A DNA stretch of 60,424 nucleotides, the filler included, from Sphacelaria rigidula (Eukaryota), in the NCBI GenBank assembly GCA_964200075.2. It is 9 parts of 9 records of this genome, joined end to end, with 100 filler letters (N's around TTAATTAATTAA, not from the genome) between each part and the next. Parts side by side here need not be neighbours in the genome. Positions count along the whole stretch, not along the records: positions 1 to 6,626 come from CAXNAA020018975.1; positions 6,727 to 13,352 come from CAXNAA020018976.1; 7 more parts are not named here. One strand, 5' to 3'. The position numbers and the translations under genes were made by a program. Positions 1 to 13,118 of the stretch are shown in pieces; within the stretch, counting starts at the first letter, position 1; every line of letters begins with the position of its first letter. Below the pieces are notes generated by a model. That model saw nothing but the letters and a program-made list of their open reading frames with translations, made no database searches and was not told where the DNA came from.

Positions 1-3000
1 CATTTCGCTCCACGCCTGTACTTTGGTTTTTTGCCATAACCCCACGCTTAGGGTGGGTGGGAAGGTGCTCATTCGTTGCTCGCCTTAGTCGTTTGACCAT
101 TGACCACGCATCGTTTTCGAGACGGAGCACCGTTCCTACCCGTAAGCCAGTCCACGCTACGAAGCGGGGTATCTTGACCATGATGTTGAACGGATAAAGG
201 ACCAATCTTGGGTCGTCGCTTAAGGCAGTAACGACGACGTAGCGTGCTTCTTGTGTTGTTCCAGAATTTGAGATCGCGCCAATAGTTGCATCAAGTCGTC
301 CCACGGGTAGGGATGGGTTATCGTTCTATCAAATTGTGGCCACCACTTCTGGGGGAGGCTTGATGCCAAGATCCTGGCGCGGGATGACTCACGGGCTTTC
401 TCACTCGAATTTGTACCAGCCATTGTACTGAGGTTGCCCCCCCCCCCCTGCACAAGATGTTACTTCCCAACAGTCAGGACCTGCGATCAGTACGACTGCT
501 GTATGTTCCATTTGCACGGAGCTTCATGAAACACAAGAAGCAAAGTCGAATCGATGTCCAGTTTTTCGCAAAAAAGTAAGTTTCATTGCTTGTGCTTCAG
601 CCCGTGAAAAGCGTCCTGCCGTGAGTATCATCTTGTTCATGAGAGAGGAGCTCTCTCGCCATAGCACAGCTCGTCCGCCGCAACGCAGCGCCCACCCTTC
701 AGCTCAAGGGATTCCTTTATTGATGTGGCTCACGATCCGCCGCCAACAACGTCTGTTGTTTCTACTCCTGTTCCCTGGCTCTGCGGTGCGGTGTTGTCTC
801 TAGCCCGTGAGCATGTTTTTTTCTTTCAACCTCGTTCGCTTGAATGACGTGGTGTGTCAGTGGATGTGCCACGATCCATCAATCAGACCAAATACCTAGA
901 TCCCAATTCGGTCGACCTGACTGAAACTAAGATAAAACAGCTTTACAGTCTGATAAGCGTATTAGAGGCCCACCCACGATATGTCGCTCGTGACGCTCAG
1001 CTTCGGCGCCGTACAAGGTCGTGTAAGTCCAAAAGCTGTTGTTTTCTGTCCTAACACGTTTTGGATCAACCGCCCAAGTCACGAGAAATCGGCGGCGCAG
1101 CAAGGCCGAGTGCGGAGCTCACAGCTTTGGACCTCACCCCCTCATTCATTTTGTTGCTCCCTGCTTTGAAAGTTGAGATCAAGAAGATGTCGAAGCTTCT
1201 TCGAGGATGATCTCAAGGGTATGTTGTACACGTTCAAGCAAAGTTTCGTTGCAGGAGCAGCGTTGGTGGTATCGCACTGCTGGTCTTTCATATGCCCACT
1301 ATCATCGTACAGCGATAATGACACCCGAATGAAGAGTACCCCAGATGGCTTTGTAAAGGGTCTCCGGTCCGTTGAGTACGCCCCGACCTGTCGGCTAGTT
1401 GGCCTCGGTCAGTCTTTCTCTAGCTCGATTGACTCATGAAATGATCCAGGAAACAGTGGATGCCGCGAAGGAATGCGTCACCCCCGCCCTGCCCCCCGTC
1501 CTCATTTCGCCTTGCCTTCCTCTTGTATGTGAACAGGTGGCTGCAAGAAGACGTGGGCCTTAGTCGCGTGCGAGCCATCCGGGTGTTGGTCAGGTGCCCT
1601 ATGATTTTCGGCCTGAGTATTCCCGACAACATGGGGCCAAAGGTGAGGGTTGACGACGGGTAGCGCACCTATGCTACAGTAGGCCGATTGTTTTACCCGT
1701 CAGACGCCTGATCTTCCTTTCGAAACATTATCATCGGTTGACCTAACCTCTGTAGCAACCAATGCCCAGACACGTGTATATACGCGTACGCTTGCGTGCA
1801 CCGTTCTCCTTGATTTCGTGGGGGGCTGAATCAATCCCGTGGCCTCGTATGTCGACCAAGTACGAAAAGAAAACGATCAGCAACGGATGAAGAGTGAATG
1901 CATGAGGGCATGCGTGCCAGGAAAATGATGCAAATGTTCGTTACCGTACACTCATATGCGGTCGAAAACGCGGTGATTGCTAACAGTCACGTGCACACCT
2001 TTATGTCGAATGACTCGATTTCAGTACAGAGCAGCGCATGATAATCACTTGCCTCAAAAGCGCGCCCCACACGAGGAATATCAGCATGTACACAAGTGCA
2101 CATGAAAAGCAGAGAAACAGGTACAACAAGCCGAGTAGGTGCCAGGCTTGGACGCAAAAACCGGGTGACAAAATAATGCCTTTGTCTCGTGCACCCCCCG
2201 TACCCCGAGCAGCCGGCTTTGGCAGTGTGCGCAGCATGTGGCGTGATGGTCATCTATGTTGTCAACCGATGCCATTAGCTTCCCTTGACGGAGTAAGCAT
2301 TCGTTTCTATCGCCCGCTGACCTTCTTCTGTAGTACTTACGATTGCACAACAAGGGACAAATCCGTTTGTGTACATGCTCATGAAATAAGAAGCGTGATC
2401 TCGGCTGCCCAGCTGGGCCGTCGCGGCCTGTGCAGCCAGCACATGACAGTGGCGACAGGCACTGTGAGCGCGGACACGGACACGGTATGTTGATGTGGAC
2501 TGCGTGATTCCAACACACACCGCGCTGCGGCACAGGCATCCACCGGTAGCCACATCTGGCTAGTGATGATGAGGTGGTATGCCAGCACTTTTTCGTTCGC
2601 ACAGCGTTCTGCCGGCAGGAGGCGATGCTGCACGGTGTACTACTTCTCTTTTGCTACAAGTACCAGACATCGGTTTTGTGCACCTACTTCACAGAGCTGC
2701 ACTGTTTCGTGACCCGCACATGTGTAGACATACCGAGTATCAGGTCGAAGGTGTTTCTTCCTGGCGATTTCGCACGACGTGACTACGTAGCAGCTAGCGA
2801 TCACCCACCAAACAGTGCCTTGGTTCTTGGTTGACCGCGGTTGCGGAAGGGTTAAGGTATCCCCCGAAGCTGCAGCTGAGCAACTACGGTTCCTCCGTCC
2901 TTGCTAGCAGTCCTCCCTCCCCCTGATGAAAACATGCCGTCAGCGAGCTTCTTTGAAAAGTGAGGTTCAGCCCTGAAAAACAGTGCTTCCCCTGATCTAA

Positions 3001-4515
3001 ACCTGTACTTCGGGGTATGCTCAATGATTTTATGTCGATGCAGTGCTCGTGGACACCTGTTTGTCGGCTTGGCCAACAGTGTACAGAGTTGAGTAAAAGC
3101 TACCTCTGCTACTGAACTGATTTCCGAAATTATGAAGGCACAATCACACTTCCTCTCAGCGCTATGGGCGTACGGAGTCGACGCAAGACGCTGAATCGAG
3201 AAGTATCCATGCGATCGGAAGGCATTAGGTCGACAAAAACGTCGCTGGACGTGACTAGTTGTAGTGTTGGGAAAGCGCTGTATTGCGGATAGAAGCTTGT
3301 GCTTGAAAAAAACAAAATCAATCTCCTGTTCTGTACACATATTTTTGTGGTTCCCAAACGCTGTGTGAGGTATTGTGCTCAACCCCCAACCGGTTATGTT
3401 TTTTTCAGATTTTTTTGCGGTGACCCACCTAGGCCCATCTTTGACAGCTCGCGCCCGAGCCTTACACTTCTTGCCGCCTGCCGCTACTGGGTGAACCCTC
3501 TCTGCTTTCTTACATTACAAGCGGAAGCCATGCGCGCGCGTAACGACCAACAGACCAGAGTTGTGTTTCGGGATACACGTCTGTAAGAGTGTGGTTTGGT
3601 CAATCTGACCCCAGATACCTGTATGTATGGTGAACATTGAATAAAAGCGCATGGTGCATTAAGTTTTCAAACTTGTGGAAATTATTTGCGGAGAATTGAA
3701 CTTGAAAGTGGGGTTTGTGTTTTTGAATATTTCTTCCTGTCTGTCTTCGTGGCCGTATTGTTTGTCGTACTCTCGAACTCTTGATGTTCGCGCTGGTAGT
3801 ATTCCTCTCGCATGTGCGTCCATCATGTCATGCACGAGGGTCCTTGTTTTTGTTTGTCTCGGTCTTTTGGTCGTCGTCGTGTCGCCTTTCGAGTTTCGTT
3901 ACGATTATGATGAGTTTCGTATCCACGTTAACATTCATGAAAAATTGAAAAACATTGACGTCATTTGTACGTCAAATACTATGTTTTACTCAATTGTCAT
4001 TACTATTTTGTTCATCATTATTGGTGCTACTATTGTCGTCATCATTGTTATTATTGCTTGCCTTCTGATAATGGCGGGCTCACGATTGCTACGGGAGAGT
4101 TGTGACGGCGTGGAGTTTATGTTGGATTTCACCGTGGAGTGAAAAACTGGAACTCGTTTTCCGCATACAAGCACTCGACCAAGTTTGATGAAAAGAAAAT
4201 CTCTGGTGAAAAGTCGACTGTCCCCATCTTGTATGTCGTACACATTCGTTCACATCGTGTGTGTCATTCATTTTGCTTTTGTGGGACTGTATTTTGACGC
4301 CATTTCTTCCCCACTCACCATGCTTGATGGATTCCCTTTGGCTGACCAACACGCTCCATTTCGCGTGGAGACTTCTATCGTTTATACACGGAGGATAGAA
4401 TAGAACAATCGAATGATCAATCGATCGGTACGTTCCAGAGAAGAAACACGTGTCTAGCGGCTACTGCTTTGTCTCTAGATTTCATTTATACTCCGCAAGG
4501 AAAGCTGGGGGGGGG

Positions 4516-4566
4516 TCACGATCATGCATGCCATAGTCATCAGACCATTGAATTCGCATCCCTACA
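4516..4566. repeat. Dispersed repeat fragment shared with the start of scaffold 5 (26903-26953, opposite strand)
   Basis: tcacgatcatgcatgccatagtcatcagaccattgaattcgcatccctaca aligns to the reverse complement tcatgatcatgcatgccatagccataaagaccattgacctcgcatccctaca. Confidence 0.8.
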
Positions 4567-5201
4567 AAGCCGGGACGGAGCACGCCGGATTTTCGCCGGG
4601 CCAGGCTCGCACACCGCAAGGAAAGGGGGGGGGGGATTGCGACTACGTTGCTATCGTTTGACTTGACGCAGAAATGTTGCTCGCATATTATATATATATA
4701 CGTCACAGATTTCGACGGTGATGACACTTGCATGTCCTTTCTGTGCGACCTTCGTAGCACCCCGGTGACTCAAATGTGCTGCAGATGTACAATGGAGAGT
4801 TTGCATCTAAACATAAAAGTGCCTATTTTCACGTGTTTTTTGTCGTCGTTTTGCTTGTTTCTCTCTTTTGTATAGTAAATATATAGAATATTTCAAACTC
4901 ACGAGCGTAAAGCATACTTTGTAACGAGACGTCCACGAGATTCGATGCTGTTTTTAGTGTGCAAGTTCCTCCGCACCCGCCCCGGGAGATGATTGTTCGG
5001 GCCAATGCCAATGCTAGGGGTCCGGTTAGCGGACTCATACTTTGCTTCGTGCGGGGGTACACATGCGTTCGCGACCGTTCGAACGGACGCGCGATCGCGG
5101 TGGACCTGCAATGGTTCCGGCGGGCATGGACATTTAGAGAGAGGATCTATTCTCACGAGGGCTTGGCAAGGCAAGCATACCGAGACCCTCGAAAAAGACG
5201 G

Positions 5202-5291
5202 ACGGGACCGCGGAGCAGCCCTGGGTCCCGTGCGGCTTGTATATATATATATATATAAATACAAGCCATCCGGCATCGGAGCTTCGCTCCG
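5202..5291. mobile_element. Two Helitron-like 3' termini facing each other across a (TA)n tract
   Basis: Plus strand: hairpin acgggacc(5202-5209)/ggtcccgt(5224-5231), then CTTG|T (5236-5240). Minus strand: hairpin cggagc-gaa-gctccg (5291-5277), then CTTG|T (5265-5261). The terminus is CTTG rather than canonical CTRR. Confidence 0.5.
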
Positions 5292-6626
5292 GTCCGGTCC
5301 GTGTTTTTTTTAGATGCGGTATTTATGCTTTTCCAAGCCCTCGTGCGTGCAGAGAAGGGGCGCTAGTCGCATGACAGAAGAACAAAAGCGACTTCCGGTG
5401 TAGAGAAACAGCGTTTTAATACTGCACCACCAACTGGGAGAAAAAGTGGCTATATATGTCTAACTAAGATTACGTATGAACGTTCCCGTGCAAGCGGGTC
5501 AATTAGACCGACTCTTAAAACAGTACACTTCACAAAACCCTTCAGCTCTGCTTCACCCTGCGACATTTTTCATTTTCGCAAGCTTGATGAGATAGTGCAA
5601 TGTTTTCCCATCATTGTTCATGTCCTCCGAGGGCGAGAATCGACCTTAGACCCAAGCAGTCAGCGCCTGACAGTGTGCGCGTAATAGACAATACGCGGAG
5701 CCCTGATAGTGGATCTGACAATTCGATTCTGAAAAACGGGAATTTCACGTATAATTGCATACACGCGATGAACACAGGTGACATCAGACTACAAAACGAT
5801 TTCTTGGAGTTCGATGAATTTTTGTGTCGCAGTTTTTTTGTTTTTTCTTCGTCTCTTTCTGGGTTGTCTATTATTTGGCAATCGCAGCCTTTATTCTATA
5901 TGTGCAACACATGACGTTCAAATGGTAACGCCGGTATATTTATATTTCCTGACACACCATAGGCGTCTGAATCGTGTAAGCGCGACATATGCGTGCGTCA
6001 TGTCAACATGATTTCAATCAACAACAATCACAGGCGCTGTATTTGTTGTTGCCTATTTGCAGGCCTTTCTGTGTTGCTAAAACTCGATTTCCCGGCGTTC
6101 GGGGTTCGGTGAAATTAACAGCCGATTTGCCGCGGTTCGGTGAATTTTGGAGCCGGATTTTATTGTCTCTGTCTGTACTGCCTGCATTGCTTGCAAGCAG
6201 TGTCTTGGGTGCGTGTGTGCGTGTTTCGTTCAGGAGGATATAGAAGAGAAGCGGTCAACGTGCAGTGCATACAGCCCGGGACTATCAGTTTTCTCTTCCT
6301 TTAATGCGACGTGAAGAGGACTTCAGCAACGTGCAGCTTTGTGCTGCCTGCACTGTCCAGAAGCGTGCACGGAACTCGGTTGCGCACCGTACCACGCAGT
6401 TCCGTCGCTGATCTCTACCATGAGAGAAGATGCAAAGTCAAGTTTTGGCCAACAAAAGAAACAAGTCACAACCAACTTCTGTACTGCGGTGTATCTATCC
6501 CTGGGCTCAACTCGTGCGCTATGCTGCAGTATTGCGGGGGTAGCTGAGAATGAGTTGGATGGAGTTTGCATGGTCCTGTGAACAGGTGTTATCTGGCGTG
6601 GTGGTCTGTAAGATAAGAGTCAAGTG

Positions 6627-6726
6627 NNNNNNNNNNNNNNNNNNNNNNNNNNNNNNNNNNNNNNNNNNNNTTAATTAATTAANNNNNNNNNNNNNNNNNN
6701 NNNNNNNNNNNNNNNNNNNNNNNNNN
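6627..6726. other. Artificial scaffold-joining spacer 1 (N44-TTAATTAATTAA-N44)
   Basis: Exactly 100 bp; central 12-mer gives stops in all six frames; identical in eight places. Confidence 0.98.
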
Positions 6727-6751
6727 CCTCCCAAAAAAAAAAAGTGCCAAA

Positions 6752-7440
6752 AAATCACTTTTGCAAAAGTGATTTCAGGATGTAAAAAAACACTTCCTTA
6801 AATCACTTTTGTAAAAGTGATTTTGTGACACCTCAAACGGGAACATAAAACATACCGTTGACAGGGGCACAACCGACGTCTTGACAGACAAGTCAAGACA
6901 ATCGAACCTGAACCTGAGGATCGCATTGCCCTTCCAAACCAAAACACACCGCTCCACTCATTGCTGCTCATCAGCTGAGCACGCTGTGCGTGACCTTGCT
7001 CAAATTGGTTCAAAATTCAGTGAGAAATGATCATTTGCGTGAGATGCGCGCACAGCACACTTTCAAAAACAGTCAGCAGCTTCACGTGTTCGGTTGCTAT
7101 TTGACACGCACGCGGCCGCCTTCATCTAATACTGGACGGATTTCCGTCAAACAAAGGCTGTCGTGTGTAGATGGTGAAGAGCTAGCGCTTGAGCTAATGC
7201 GCGTGAGTGGTGAATGTCTATCCGCCGGCGGTAGGTGTGTCGGCGCTGTGCCACCTCTTTGCGTCTTGTCCGCAGCAGTACGGAGATGTTGGACCAACGG
7301 CCACTCCCAGAACCGCCGCATGTTTTACCTGTGCGCAGATCTGGGCTTCGGTCTGAACAAAACTGCTTGTCGATAAGACGCAGCACTGGTCNNNNNNNNN
7401 NCTGGTCGTTGTGGGGGCAATCACTTCTCCAAAAGTGATT
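6752..7440. repeat. Repeated AAATCACTTTTG/CAAAAGTGATTT palindromes, probably subterminal motifs of a DNA transposon
   Basis: Perfect 24-bp palindrome at 6752-6775, near-perfect copy at 6800-6823, degenerate copy at 7419-7440. Confidence 0.55.
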
Positions 7441-8943
7441 TTTTGAATAGTGATGGTCACTTCTGATAAGACCCCGCCTTAGGATTAGCATTACTGTAGT
7501 TCGAAGTCATAAATTTACGGGAAATTTCTTCGAAGAGTTATTTGACCAAGTGGTAATATGACCTCTCGAGAATAGCCTTTGACCTCCAGCATCCTCTCGG
7601 AAAACTTTCACCAGCTGACAGTCCAGCGGTTTCATTTATTTTTCACGGACAGGTCCCCCCTTTCGTCAGCGAGTGCTTCCCAGATCAACCATGGGTGCTT
7701 CCGGGAAATTTCGAGGTCGTGCAACAGGCCAAAAGAGCGGTGGATTGACCATTTTGATTGTTGTGATTGGTGGAATGAACCACTACATTCTCCTACAAAT
7801 CGCCCAGCATCGCCAACCTGGAGATGAAGCTGTATTATACTATTTTACCATTAACCGTGGACGTACGAAAGGGGGTGCTTTTGCTCTCTGCTGAGTCTTT
7901 GCCACCTACCTGCCTCCAATTGTGTTGTACAGCTGCATAATGCTGTCCATCACTTGAGCAGAGATAAAGTCAGCGTATGCTGTAGTATCTATGTGCAGTG
8001 GAGAGCAGCGGTACTACTGTTGTGCTGTTTGTTGAATTTTGTATGCGTAGCCACTTATGGAAAATCCCGTCTATACGGTGCAGCAGCAGCGCGATACCAT
8101 GGCGTACGCTTGACATTATGTGACATGCAGCGTGACATTAAAACACGCAGGAGCAGCGACAGCAACGCCTCGGACACAATGAGACCGCTGAAACGAGGTG
8201 GAGAGTATGCTGCACGAGTACATCGCAGCGGCAGTCGTGGTAGTCAGCGTACCCCACTTCCGCACGACAGCACGTGTACCGCCTACTCAGCACAACAATA
8301 CGTGCACCCACGTAGCTTGGTGAAGAAGAACAGTCAGGGGCCCTTTTGCGCTAAATTTCGTATAAACACCCATCATGTATCATTTCAGAGAAGTAGGCGT
8401 GTTGTGTCACTCGCATAGCAAGAGACCCAAAGCCAAATTTGACCATGGGTGATATTGGGCGATCTGAGGGTCGACGGAGATCAACTATAATGCCGCTAAA
8501 TTGGTGATGGTGATGGTAGTAGCCCTTTCGGAACAGTAGTCTTGATGCATCCCCGAGTTTTTTCAACGAGATAAAGGCCCCATTTACTTGATGAAACCGA
8601 TGAAGAAATGATGGTTTAATGTCAGGTTGCCAGGGAACCTCCAATCTTTCGACCGCGGATCCTAGTAAAGACGAAATTTCCCACTGGCTGTATTTCGTTA
8701 GCGGTCGGCCTAAGTTACATCGGAAAGGGTGTGGGAAACCGCTCCGAAAACGGACGACCAGCCATACTTCGGGGCTATTTACAAACGAGGATTGGGGGTG
8801 CCCCCACTTCTGAGGGCACCGGCCCGATTGAGGGCGAACGTTTCACGCTCGCACTCGTATATCCCTCCAACCGGGTCTCCGACTGCAGAGATACTATCTT
8901 GAATGACCCACTTCTTTCTGGTGTCCCCCGCATTTCCCATCAG

Positions 8944-10482
8944 ATCCGCTCCACGGTTGCCGACCACCTTCGATACAATCCCACAGCTGAGGTGCTGGTC
9001 ACGGGTCATTCTTTGGGGGGCGCGTTGGCCATCCTGTGCTTCCTAGACCTGTACGAGTTCCTCGGCGCGTCGGCGACGGGCAGCAACGGCAACAACGTTT
9101 CGTTCGCGCCTCTGCACCTATTCGGCGCACCGCGGGTGGGGAATGCGGCCTTCGCTGAGTTTGCGGCGTCGCGGGGCGTGCCCATCTATAGGTAGGCGAC
9201 GCACAGTCGGTGCAGAATGCAAATGTCAGGCTTCCATGTCCTTGTCGCTCTGAAACCCTTCTTTTTGCTGTTCTTGCTGGAAGCGTCGAAGGCACATACA
9301 CATACACACTCCGTATGCGGGACCTCCAAGCTTACGTGATGAAAGTGCATCCACTCCCTGTGCTGACGTTTCCCGGCCCTTCCGTATGCCTTGGCTGTAG
9401 TCCCGCAGGTGAGGGGTGGCCGATCGTTGTCTCAGATATGTGGCGGACCCCCCTCTCTCCCCGCCCTCCGACTCTACTAAATTTGACATGTGGTCGTTCG
9501 TGGGCTCATCAATCGATGTGTTGCTTGTAGTTGACAGTGATTGTTTTTTTTTCTCTCTCTTTCCAGCTTGTCACTGTGGGTGGTCATACCTCTCAACAGA
9601 GAATTGGTTGTAGGTTGTGTAGGATTCTCGTCTTTTCTCTTTCTCTTGTGTACAAATGCAAAGAGATGAGCTACTCTCCTGTAGCTCAAGCCGGGGGAAA
9701 CATGTGTAGCTCATGTAGCTCCGTATAGCTCACTCTGGGCAGTAATGCAGATGAGCTATCGTCTTGTAGCTCAAGCCGGGGAAAAAGTGTGCAGCTGAGG
9801 TAGCCCACCGGTGAGCTACCGTCGATGACAGCTAGCTCGAGCTACGATAGCTGCTGATCTGCTCGGGGTGTGAAACCTTCTCCAATCATGACTCCTCTTT
9901 CGTCGTCCTCGCTGCGCCGTGTTCCAATACAAGCATCAACACCAGCACTGACAATCCTTATGCCCCCACCTGCCCCCCCCCCGCTTCCCTCCCCATCCCT
10001 CATTTGTCACTCCGTTATCCGCTCGTGTAAGGTTGGTACACCATCGAGATCCTGTGCCCCACCTGCCGTTCACCTCGTGGGGTTATACCCACCCGTCACG
10101 CGAAATCTTCTACAACTACAACCAGACGAACTACGTTGTGTGCGACGAGACTGGAGAAGACCCTTCCTGTTCAGACCAGTTCTGGGTGTTGCCTAACTTC
10201 GCCCACGTCGCTGACCACCTCCACTATCTGGAGGTGGATTACCCCAAGGCTTACTTGAACTGCTTGTGGAGCACGAACGACGGCGACGGCGATGAAAGGT
10301 TGGGGGGCCGGAGCAAGCGGCGGAACGAAGTGGCGAGGCGGAAAGCCGCTGCTGAGGCGATGGAAACGGAGTGGGAAGAGTTTACAGAGGCACTGAGAAA
10401 CAAGGTGATTCGAGGCCCGAGCAGTTATCAAGATATGGAGTTTTTCGAGTTGCGGCGAGCGCCGACCATTCGAACGAGCTAG
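8944..10482 (+). CDS. Class 3 lipase (Lipase_3, alpha/beta hydrolase), last two exons; 5' exons not identified
   Basis: Exon 8944-9191 (after pyrimidine tract and CAG; donor GTAGGC at 9192) joins exon 10032-10482 (acceptor AAG) in phase 2, giving VLVTGHSLGGALA...FGAPRVGN...PIYR|LVHHRDPVPHLP...GEDPSCS...ADHLHY. Ser, Asp and His catalytic-triad motifs are all present. Confidence 0.93.
9663..9855. repeat. AGCT-rich duplicated hairpin repeat in the lipase intron
   Basis: gatgagcta...tgtagctcaagccgggg occurs twice, about 86 bp apart, with many agctac/gtagct inverted motifs. Confidence 0.6.
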
Positions 10483-11067
10483 AAGGGTGGGAGACCCATC
10501 GAGGAGCGATTTGTTTCGAGGGAGAAGCAGGACTGCAGTGGAAACATGCCGGGAGTTTTGCAACGGTTCAGAGACACAGCTGGCGAAATCCAAGAGCGTA
10601 GAGGCGGGGTGGCTCGGGGCGAGGCGAGTGGCACAAGCTTCATTGTACAGAGGGGAGTTAGTGTTAAGGCCATGATGATAGGAGGCAAAACGGAGACGCG
10701 GCGTAGAGCAGAGGGCGCAGAGCAGAAGGCGCGACCGCGGTTTACGTTTGACATGTCTGACCATTCGGGGAAAGGACGGACATGTGCGTCGCTGAAGACA
10801 TTCATGTGTCTTGCCGTAGCGGCGGATTAGGAACTTGGCGTGCAGGCAGCTCGGAAATGGGGAAGACATGGCGCCCCCAAAAGAGGACCCCTTGAGATTT
10901 GTTGGGGGGGTACGCTCGACCAAAGGACAGTGATTGATTGGATACTCATGGGATAAGAGGGGCGTACAACCAGCTTTGGCAGAATTGTCAATAAACGCTG
11001 CTTGTGTATTGGCGTGGGATTCTTGTCGTTGTTGAAAACGCTCATACTCATTTTGTGTTGGGTTTAA

Positions 11068-11175
11068 CCCTTGGACTGCGAGGGTAGTCCGTCCACCTGG
11101 ATCGTACATACGTTTTTCAAGTGAAATTGATGCCGATTCAACGGATGACCTACGAGTAATCTTGCCGTGTAAGGG
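11068..11175. mobile_element. piggyBac-type miniature element, copy 1
   Basis: TTAA|CCCTTGGACTGC ... GCCGTGTAAGGG|TCAA; internal sequence (ccacctggatc...ttcaagtgaaattgatgccgattcaac) matches 23876-23972. Confidence 0.55.
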
Positions 11176-12860
11176 TCAAGAGGAATGTGGCACTCAGGTG
11201 CGAAAAAGTCGCGCTTTCATTCGGAGGTTCTCTCTGGCGTATCAAGGACCTTTGCGTGCGACCATCTGTAGAGCAGCAGCAAAAGTAGGATGTGCTGCCG
11301 CCCAGTTGTTGTGGGGAGCTATTGATCTCAAATTTGATGTTAATCTCGCGGAGTTTATTTCCAGGATGGCGCTAGAGTTACAAGAGGAAATTATCCGCTT
11401 GCTTCTCTCATCGATTAGTAGCCACTAATTGTACAGCAAGAGACCGCGTTGGTTGGACGCCACACGAGAGCCAAGGTCGTGATTGACGAGAAGAAGGATT
11501 GATCTACTGTACATACGTTTGTTGTGTTCCTCTCAGCTTTGCAGTGTGTCTGATCGAGGGGCATGATGTTGTTCAGGGCCCATATTCAACGGGTTTTATT
11601 ATTTTATACTTTTCATCCATTTTCACCAGATTTCGTAATGAAATGGATGGAAATGGGTGGAAATGGGTGAAAAATGAAGCCCGTTAATCACGTCCCTCAG
11701 AATGATCAAGTGCTGTTTTGCTGGGTTGGCCAGCAGAAGCAGATAGATGCTAACGCAGGGTGTGTACAGGAAAAAAGTTGTCTTGTAGTTTACGTCTTGG
11801 TTTGACAAAAGCTGTTATACGTGACACTGGTACTTGTAGTACGGAATAACGTGTGGCTGCGTGCTGCTGTGTGTGGCTGAGAAACTTCCCCACTTCTGTG
11901 CGCGTGGGTGCCAGCGTGCCTGCGTGGTGCTGTTGTCATTGTTTCTGCCAGCTCAATTATGCCCCATTTCCATTCGAACGTGAGGATCTCATTTGTGTTT
12001 TTTGTTGAATTCTGAGTCGTTTTACGGTGACGAGCCGGAACTCAAATGTGCCGTGTTTTCACGTGCAGTGTTTGTGATCACCGGTGGTGGAGGATGACGC
12101 ATGAGCTTATTTTCTCTACACATGTGTGGGGGTTTGTATGGATGCATGTGTGCAGGTCGCATATGACGAGGGTGTGCGTAATGTGGCGATCATCGGCGAG
12201 TTTACCGGTGTTCGTGTTTCGTCTCATGAGTTCAGTCGCGACTCGAAGATTTCATCAACCGTTTTGCGCATGTCCTGTACTTTTCTTTTTTTTTGCGACC
12301 GAGATTGCTACTTGTTTGCTACTTGTTTGCACTTGCATCGACAACCAATTGGTCAACTTTTTGTGTATCATTCAGCATGATAGTCGTACTGTATTTCCCG
12401 TCAGTGCGCATGTGAAGTAGGGAGCAGGCACACATCATGTGAAAAGGAAGGACGACCAAATACTGTTGGAAACAAGAAGCGCACGGCGTTCGGGGGGAAT
12501 GCCGCGTCATGTTCACCGTGGACTGTTCCATGCGGGCTCGCATGAAGATGTGTCCTCGCCGCAAGTCAGGCACTTTTTTTTCCTTCTCGTTTCAATTTCG
12601 ATCCCTCTACTTCCTCGGCACGAGTGCCCATGGCCTCAAGGGATCAACCCACCTCTCCCTCTCCGTGTTACTACACTCCCTGTGTACATTTATTTCACCT
12701 CGGCAGGCCGTCTTCAAAATAGTTGTGAATCGTTCGCCGTATGCAATGAGCTACACTGGCGTCCTATGTGAAGATCGTTCGTTGTGAAGCCGCCGCCTGT
12801 TGAAAGAAGTTCCTTTCAACATAAGCAGCAGCCTGCTTTTCGGATGATACATGGTGTGTA

Positions 12861-13118
12861 GAGTGATGCTACGGTTGGGGTACACAAATATTTTTTGAGG
12901 TTAAAATTGTTAGGAGCCCTTTATCTCATCCAAAACGCGACGTATGAAAATATTATGCGGGAGTACGCAAAGATTACTATTCCAATGTGCTGGGAATATC
13001 CCGAATATATCTGCAAATGGGGATGCCCTGATCCGCATTCTTGTGCGTCTAGAATCGTTTGGAGCACCTGGACCAGACAAACTTTCGCGAAAAGTGCACC
13101 CCTACCGTAGCATTGCTC
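12861..13118 (+). mobile_element. 258-bp MITE with GAG...CTC terminal inverted repeats and 4-bp TSD (Sola-like), copy 1
   Basis: About 25-bp TIR gagtgatgctacggttggggtacac / gtgcacccctaccgtagcattgctc; TSD TGTA at 12857-12860 and 13119-13122; full-length homologue at 22465-22721. Confidence 0.85.

Noticed and set aside
130..3400. Protein-like fragments on the minus strand of scaffold 1
   Set aside because: Interrupted by stops and frameshifts with no recognisable motif; left unannotated
3675..4142. Membrane-protein-like ORF with hydrophobic stretches
   Set aside because: The hydrophobicity comes from degenerate (ATT/GTC/CAT) trinucleotide low-complexity sequence; no splice or homology support
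10171..11109. 312-aa minus-strand ORF
   Set aside because: Antisense to the lipase last exon and 3' UTR; no motif
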